From Candidatus Bathyarchaeota archaeon (GTDB taxonomy: Archaea > Thermoproteota > Bathyarchaeia > TCS64), in NCBI GenBank assembly GCA_963771885.1, contig CAVYVF010000023.1:544001-608000 (forward strand): DNA of 64,000 nt, written 5' to 3'. Below are positions 58,926-64,000 of this stretch, piece by piece. The translations under genes were made by a program, and so were the position numbers. Within the stretch, counting starts at the first letter, position 1. Each line of letters opens with the position of its first letter. Below the pieces are notes generated by a model. That model was not told where the DNA came from, made no database searches, and saw only the letters and a program-made list of their open reading frames with translations.

Positions 58926-60941
58926 ATGGCAGCGAAGGGGAAACCCGCCGAAATAAAACCCGCGGAGGAGAAGACCGGCGGATTCCTATCCAACATAAGG
59001 CTGACGAGGACCACCGCTATAGAGATCGCTGCCCTCGTCACCATACTCGCCGTCGCAATCATACTCAGGATTATGCCCCTACGCTGGGGAGAATACTTCA
59101 ACGAGTACGACCCATATCTTCTGGTACAGGATCACGGAGTACATCGCCCAGAACGGTTACGCCAGCTACTTCACATGGCACGATACACTAAGCTGGTACC
59201 CGCAGGGACGCGACATAGCGCTAAGCAGCTACCCCGGTAACCCCTTCTCAGCCCTCTTCCTCTACCAGCTACTAAACACGATACAGATCAAAGTATCCGT
59301 CTTCAGCGTCGCCATGTACTTTCCCGTCTTCATGGCAATAATAGTCTGTATTCTCTCCTACTTCTTCGGAAAGGACTTCGGCGGCCGAGCCGTTGGCATA
59401 TTCACCGCCCTCTTCATGGCGATCAGCCCCACCTACCTCAGCAGGACGGTCGCGGGCTTCTTCGACACCGAGAATATAGGTATATTCGGAATAATCGCGA
59501 CCCCTTTCTTCTTCCTCCGAAGCATACGTAAAGAGAACTCGATGCTGTGAGCGTCGCATACGCGGTCGCCGGCGGGCTATCTATGGGTTACGCCTTCGCC
59601 TCTTGGGGCGCCGCTCGCTACATCTCCAGCATGCTCCTCCTCTACGTCGGCGTCCTGCTCGCCATGGGTAAGATCGAGAGGCGCCACATCATCTCCTACA
59701 GTATCACAACCCTACTAGGCTTCCTCATCGCCCTGCCCATTCCCCGCCTCGGCATCGACTACATCATGAACATCGAGAACCTCGCCGCCATAGGCGCAAT
59801 AGGCCTCCTCGTCCTCTATGAGGCGGTGAAGACGCGGCTTCCGGAGCGGAACGCCCGCATGGTCACAGTCGGCCTCGTCGTTCTCGGCGTAGCCGCCATA
59901 ATCGTGCTACCAATCTTCGGCATCGGGAACCCTATCACAGGCAAGTTCGCCAAGGTCCTCAACCCATTCCAGGAGACAACCTTCCTATACACGTCCGTCG
60001 GCGAGAACAAGGTCTCAAGCTGGGATGTTTTCTTCACGGACTTCGGCATAACTATAATGCTCGCGACTCTCGGCGCCTATCTCATACTCAAGGAGGGCGG
60101 AGAGGACAGGAACTATATGCTCCTCTTCTTCCTAACCTCCGTCTACTTCACGGGCACCGTCGTCAGGATAAGCCTCATACTCGCCTTCCCAGCCTCTCTC
60201 CTCGCCGCATACGCCCTCGTAAAACTCGTTGGGTCATTCCGCCCCGCCATAATGAGTGCGAGTGAGACCCAGAGCAAGAGGCGTAAGGCTCAAGCCTTCG
60301 TCGTCAGCAAGGGGCTCGCAATAATTTTCATAGTCTTACTCGCCGGCTCCCTCATTCCCCATACACTCAACGCCTCCGCCTCAGCCACAAGCCCCGGACC
60401 AATCGTTTACAGCGGAGTCCCCGTCCTAATCGGAGGCGACTACGCGACGGACTGGAGGGACGCCCTAGCTTGGATGAAGGCGAACACGACGCAGGACTCC
60501 ATTATCTGCTCGTGGTGGGACTACGGGTATTGGATAGAGACGATGGCGAACCGTACGACGCTCGCCGACGGCTCGACGATGAACTGGACGCAGATAATCA
60601 ACATCGCTGACATGATGATGCTACCCCAGAACGAGTCACTCCCACTAATGCAGAAGTACGATGTGGACTACGTAGTCGTCTTCTTCAGTTATAACCCCAA
60701 CACAGGTGAGGAGTGGCCATTCGGAGATAACGCGAAGTGGCCCCAGATGGCCCTCATCACGGGCCTCGACGTCAACTCCTACTATACGTATAACTCGACT
60801 TCGGGTCAATACCAGTACTCACAGAAATTCGCTCAGACGACCATCTACAAACTCATGACTGGAAATGTCGATGAAAACCACTACGAACTCGCTTATGAGT
60901 CTGAACTCGGCTGGGTACTCATCTACAAGGTCAAGTACTAG
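58926..60941 (+). CDS. aglB: Oligosaccharyltransferase STT3/AglB; frameshifts near 59120 and 59545
   Basis: EYDPY, SWYPQGR, RTVAGFFDTE, SVGEN, WWDYGYWI, DG. Confidence 0.93.
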
Positions 60942-60984
60942 CCCACCCAACACTTATCTCGGGGCGAGTCCCGATAATTTTGAC

Positions 60985-61263
60985 ATGTCCACAAAGGTAA
61001 GGGCATCGCATATACTCGTCGAGAAGCAGTCGCAGGCACTGAAGGTGCTCGAGGAGTTGAAGGCTGGCGCCGACTTCGGGGGACTCGCGAAGAAGTACAG
61101 TACATGTCCTTCGGGGAAGAGGGGCGGTGACCTCGGCCAGTTCGGCAGGGGTCAGATGGTCCGCGAGTTCGAACAGGCGGCATTCGCGCTGAAGCCGGGG
61201 CAGGTGACCGAGCAGCCGATAAAAACGCAGTTCGGTTACCATATCATAAAGAGGACGGGTTAA
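60985..61263 (+). CDS. Parvulin-type peptidyl-prolyl isomerase
   Basis: VRASHILV, STCPS..RGGDLG.F..GQMV.EFE, TQFGYHII. Confidence 0.95.
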   Translation: MSTKVRASHILVEKQSQALKVLEELKAGADFGGLAKKYSTCPSGKRGGDLGQFGRGQMVREFEQAAFALKPGQVTEQPIKTQFGYHIIKRTG

Positions 61264-61467
61264 GGCCGAGGCTGAATATAGCCCATGTATGGCGGCCGAC
61301 GCAAGACTGAATCGGTCTCTTCTCTTGTCTCTCACCATTTCGCATTCCCTTATACACCCGGGGCAATGCCCGCTTGCGATCTTTTTCTAGATTTCAGCGG
61401 CGTCAGTTGATCGCCACACCTCACTCAGTTGAGTATCTCTAATATCCCGATCTCCCTATTTACGAAT

Positions 61468-61610
61468 AGGTGGGGTCAGACGGCACCGGGGGTCGAGGTA
61501 GAGGCTTCACAGAGATTACAGGTTGTGCACCTGCTGTAGCACAGGTATGCTACTGCCTAGTTGGCGATCATCCTCAGGCGGGGAGGGTCCGACGAACCTT
61601 ACACCCCCCC
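61468..61610 (-). ncRNA. Candidate structured non-coding RNA divergent from aIF5A
   Basis: TTTTATATA (minus, 61627-61635) about 25 nt upstream; GTCGGAC/GTCTGAC helix needs G-U only on the minus strand; internal hairpins; no convincing ORF. Confidence 0.35.
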
Positions 61611-61719
61611 ACAAATCTGTTAGAAATATATAAAAGCACTGTTGTTGCGCTTTCAAGCAGTTTTCTGCATAATCTTTAATACTACTCAGTGGCTTGAAAC
61701 TGAAACAATAGGTGTAACC

Positions 61720-62121
61720 ATGTCATACAAGAACTCAAGGGCGGGCGACCTAAAGATCGGCAGCTATGCCCTCATCGATAATGAGCCCTGCCAGATCGTC
61801 GACATCGATAAGAGCAAGCCTGGCAAGCACGGCAGCGCTAAGATACGTGCCAGCGGTATTAGTCTCTTCGACGGGAAGAAGAAAACCTACCTCGGCCAAG
61901 CTGACGCGGGTATACAAGTTCCCATCGTCGATAAGAGGAGCGCCCAGATCGTCTCAATAACCCCCGGCCAGGGTGTGCAGTTAATGGACCTCGAGACCTA
62001 CGAGACTATCGACATCGCAACGCCGACGGACGAAGAGATCACGGGCAAGATCGCCGCCGGGAAAGAGGTCGAGTACTGGATCATAATGGGCCGGTACAAG
62101 ATCAACCGCGTCAAGAGTTGA
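61720..62121 (+). CDS. eif5a: Translation factor aIF-5A
   Basis: KSKPGKHGSAK hypusine site, QLMDLETY. Confidence 0.96.
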   Translation: MSYKNSRAGDLKIGSYALIDNEPCQIVDIDKSKPGKHGSAKIRASGISLFDGKKKTYLGQADAGIQVPIVDKRSAQIVSITPGQGVQLMDLETYETIDIATPTDEEITGKIAAGKEVEYWIIMGRYKINRVKS

Positions 62122-63077
62122 GCGGCTGGTTGAAGCGCGTCCACCAGATGCGCCTCCGAGCCGGGATGACCGTCGGCGAGCTAACTGACGAGATGCGAAA
62201 GACCGGCGTCATGCAGGCGGGCAGAGTCGGCAAAGCGACAGAAATCGTCGCCGAAATGTTCTCCGACCCCGAATACACGACTTGGATTACCCTCTCTGGC
62301 CCACTCTGTCACGGCGGGCTGCGCGTTGTATTTTCTGATCTAATCAAGAACGGCTACGTGGACGCCGTCGTGACAAACGGCGCGAACATGGTCGGCGACC
62401 TCATCGAGGCTATAGGCGCTCATCACTACATTGGGAAGGTCGACGCGGACGACGAGGAGCTTTACGAGAAGGGCATCAACCGCGCCTACGATATCTACTT
62501 CGAGGGCAAGGTCTTCGAGGACCTCGAGAAACACGTCTACAAGCTTCTTGACGACATCCCCGAGAAGACTCGTGACGGTATCGCCATCAACGAGATGTTG
62601 AAGGAAATAGGTCTCAGGCTCAATGACGAGGATTCGATACTCTACAACGCGGCGAAGAGGGACGTCCCAATCTTCAGCCCCGGGTTCCTTGACTGCATGC
62701 TCGGTATACCCCTCTACATGTACTCTAAGCAGAGAAAGCTCGTGATCAATCCCCTGAAGGACTTTGACAGATTCATGGACATGGTTTACGAGGCGAAGAA
62801 GGCAGGGGCAATTATACTCGGCGGCGGGACGCCGAAGCACCACACACAGTACATGCACACTCTCAGGGAGGGCCTCGACGCGGCGATCCAGATAGGCTCC
62901 GCACGGGTCGAGGACGGGAGCCTGAGCGGCGCGCCGTTGAAGGAGTCAATAAGCTGGGGTAAGCTCAAGGGTGAGAGGATGGACATGACCGCCACGATAT
63001 TCGGGGAGGTCACGAGTATACTGCCCATAATCATCGCAGGTGCCCTCGAGAAGGTCGAGGGCAAGAAGAAAACGTAG
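62118..63077 (+). CDS. dys: Deoxyhypusine synthase
   Basis: TNGAN, LGGGTPKH, DGSLSGA..ESISWGK (catalytic Lys retained); overlaps the aIF5A stop. Confidence 0.93.
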   Translation: MSGWLKRVHQMRLRAGMTVGELTDEMRKTGVMQAGRVGKATEIVAEMFSDPEYTTWITLSGPLCHGGLRVVFSDLIKNGYVDAVVTNGANMVGDLIEAIGAHHYIGKVDADDEELYEKGINRAYDIYFEGKVFEDLEKHVYKLLDDIPEKTRDGIAINEMLKEIGLRLNDEDSILYNAAKRDVPIFSPGFLDCMLGIPLYMYSKQRKLVINPLKDFDRFMDMVYEAKKAGAIILGGGTPKHHTQYMHTLREGLDAAIQIGSARVEDGSLSGAPLKESISWGKLKGERMDMTATIFGEVTSILPIIIAGALEKVEGKKKT

Positions 63078-63079
63078 GA

Positions 63080-64000
63080 TTAGTACGCCTTACGAGCTAG
63101 TTCTGCGCCTTTGACAAGGTTGTCAAGCTTCTTGTAGGTGACCTCCCAAGTCCGGGTTCTAAGTCCGCAGTCAGGCGCCACGAAGACTCTCTCGGCGCCA
63201 GCGATGTCGGCGACGCAGAGTATGCGGTCCCTGATGACCTCTGGTGTGGCGATCTCGTCGGTGTGGACGTGTATGAAGCCGGGGGCATAGGCACCCTCGT
63301 AGCCGTGGTCCTCAAAGCTCCTGATGAGGTCGTAGGCGGGGCGCCTTCTTCCGGGTGCCTTCGTGTCCCTATTGGCGAACTCTAGGCTTAGCTGGTGGCA
63401 CCCCTTGAGGTCGGGGGCGTAGCGTGCAAGGAGCCCATAGTCGCTGTAGCAGTTGTGTAGGCTGAATCGGCAGGGGAGCCCAGCGACGAGCCTGTTCCAC
63501 GCCTCGACGAAGAGGCTCATCTCCTCCGCGGTGGGCTGGGTGGTGAGGGCGGGCTCATCTATCTGTATCCACTTCGTTCCTGCGGCGATGAGCTTCTCGA
63601 ACTCGGGGCGTAGAACGTTGTCGACGATGTCGAGCATCAGCTCTCTTCGTGCGCGGTTCTTCCTCTCTTTTAGGCTCTTGACTTTGCCTAGCTTGCGCCA
63701 GTAGTGCTCGTTGAAGCTCCAGTCCGTCATAGTGTATGGACCGGTTATTGGGACCTTGAGCTGCGCCTCTGTATGGGGCTTGATGTACTCGTACTCGTTG
63801 ATGTAGAAGGGGTCGCGATACTTGATCTCGCCCACGACCGCTGCCTTCCGGTAGTAGCGATAGTCGAAGCTCTTTATCCACCCCGTGAACTCGAAACCCT
63901 CAACGTTCTTGGCGACGTGAGCGTACATCTCCTCACGCCACTGCTCGCCTGTGTAGACATAGTCTAGACCGAGCTTCTCAAACATCTTGACAGCATATAG
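63080..64000 (-). CDS. metE: Cobalamin-independent methionine synthase (core MetE-like), 5' end outside window
   Basis: GEQWR, KVPITGPYT, IQIDEPA, HNC, EFA, PDCGLRTR. Confidence 0.9.
   Translation of the reverse strand, partial: LYAVKMFEKLGLDYVYTGEQWREEMYAHVAKNVEGFEFTGWIKSFDYRYYRKAAVVGEIKYRDPFYINEYEYIKPHTEAQLKVPITGPYTMTDWSFNEHYWRKLGKVKSLKERKNRARRELMLDIVDNVLRPEFEKLIAAGTKWIQIDEPALTTQPTAEEMSLFVEAWNRLVAGLPCRFSLHNCYSDYGLLARYAPDLKGCHQLSLEFANRDTKAPGRRRPAYDLIRSFEDHGYEGAYAPGFIHVHTDEIATPEVIRDRILCVADIAGAERVFVAPDCGLRTRTWEVTYKKLDNLVKGAELARKAY

Noticed and set aside
61468..61610. tmRNA, SRP RNA or RNase P RNA call
   Set aside because: Too short, and lacks a T-arm with G3-U acceptor, the SRP helix-8 motif and the RNase P GAGGAAAGUCC motif
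1..64000. CRISPR array, rRNA, IS or transposase
   Set aside because: No regularly spaced repeats, rRNA signatures, transposase motifs or terminal inverted repeats seen by eye

Overview
GC-rich archaeal chromosomal window, most consistent with a Bathyarchaeia-like genome (inference from TFB, thermosome pair, aIF5A/DHS, AglB, class V FBP aldolase/phosphatase, tungsten oxidoreductases and GGTGA-type RBS). About 60 genes and one tRNA-Ser(GGA) are supported. No CRISPR array, rRNA, integrase or transposase was seen. More than 20 single-base frameshifts interrupt otherwise intact genes, which suggests long-read indel errors. Main points of interest: (1) an uncharacterised four-gene membrane operon (DUF6754-type), apparently two paralogous pairs with one pair in inverted topology, next to an amidohydrolase, a candidate new transporter; (2) a tungstoenzyme island with one FOR-like and three WOR5/ASOR-like oxidoreductases, two Fe-S subunits, MoaD, an embedded ADP-ribosylglycohydrolase and a divergent DASS transporter; (3) a Phr/HSR1-like regulator sharing a 28-bp operator with the thermosome promoter; (4) an archaeal mevalonate AcnX/UbiD operon led by a PAC4/LpdD-like small protein; (5) frlD/frlB-like genes; (6) a candidate structured ncRNA divergent from aIF5A. 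All family assignments are from motif recognition; no database search was run.
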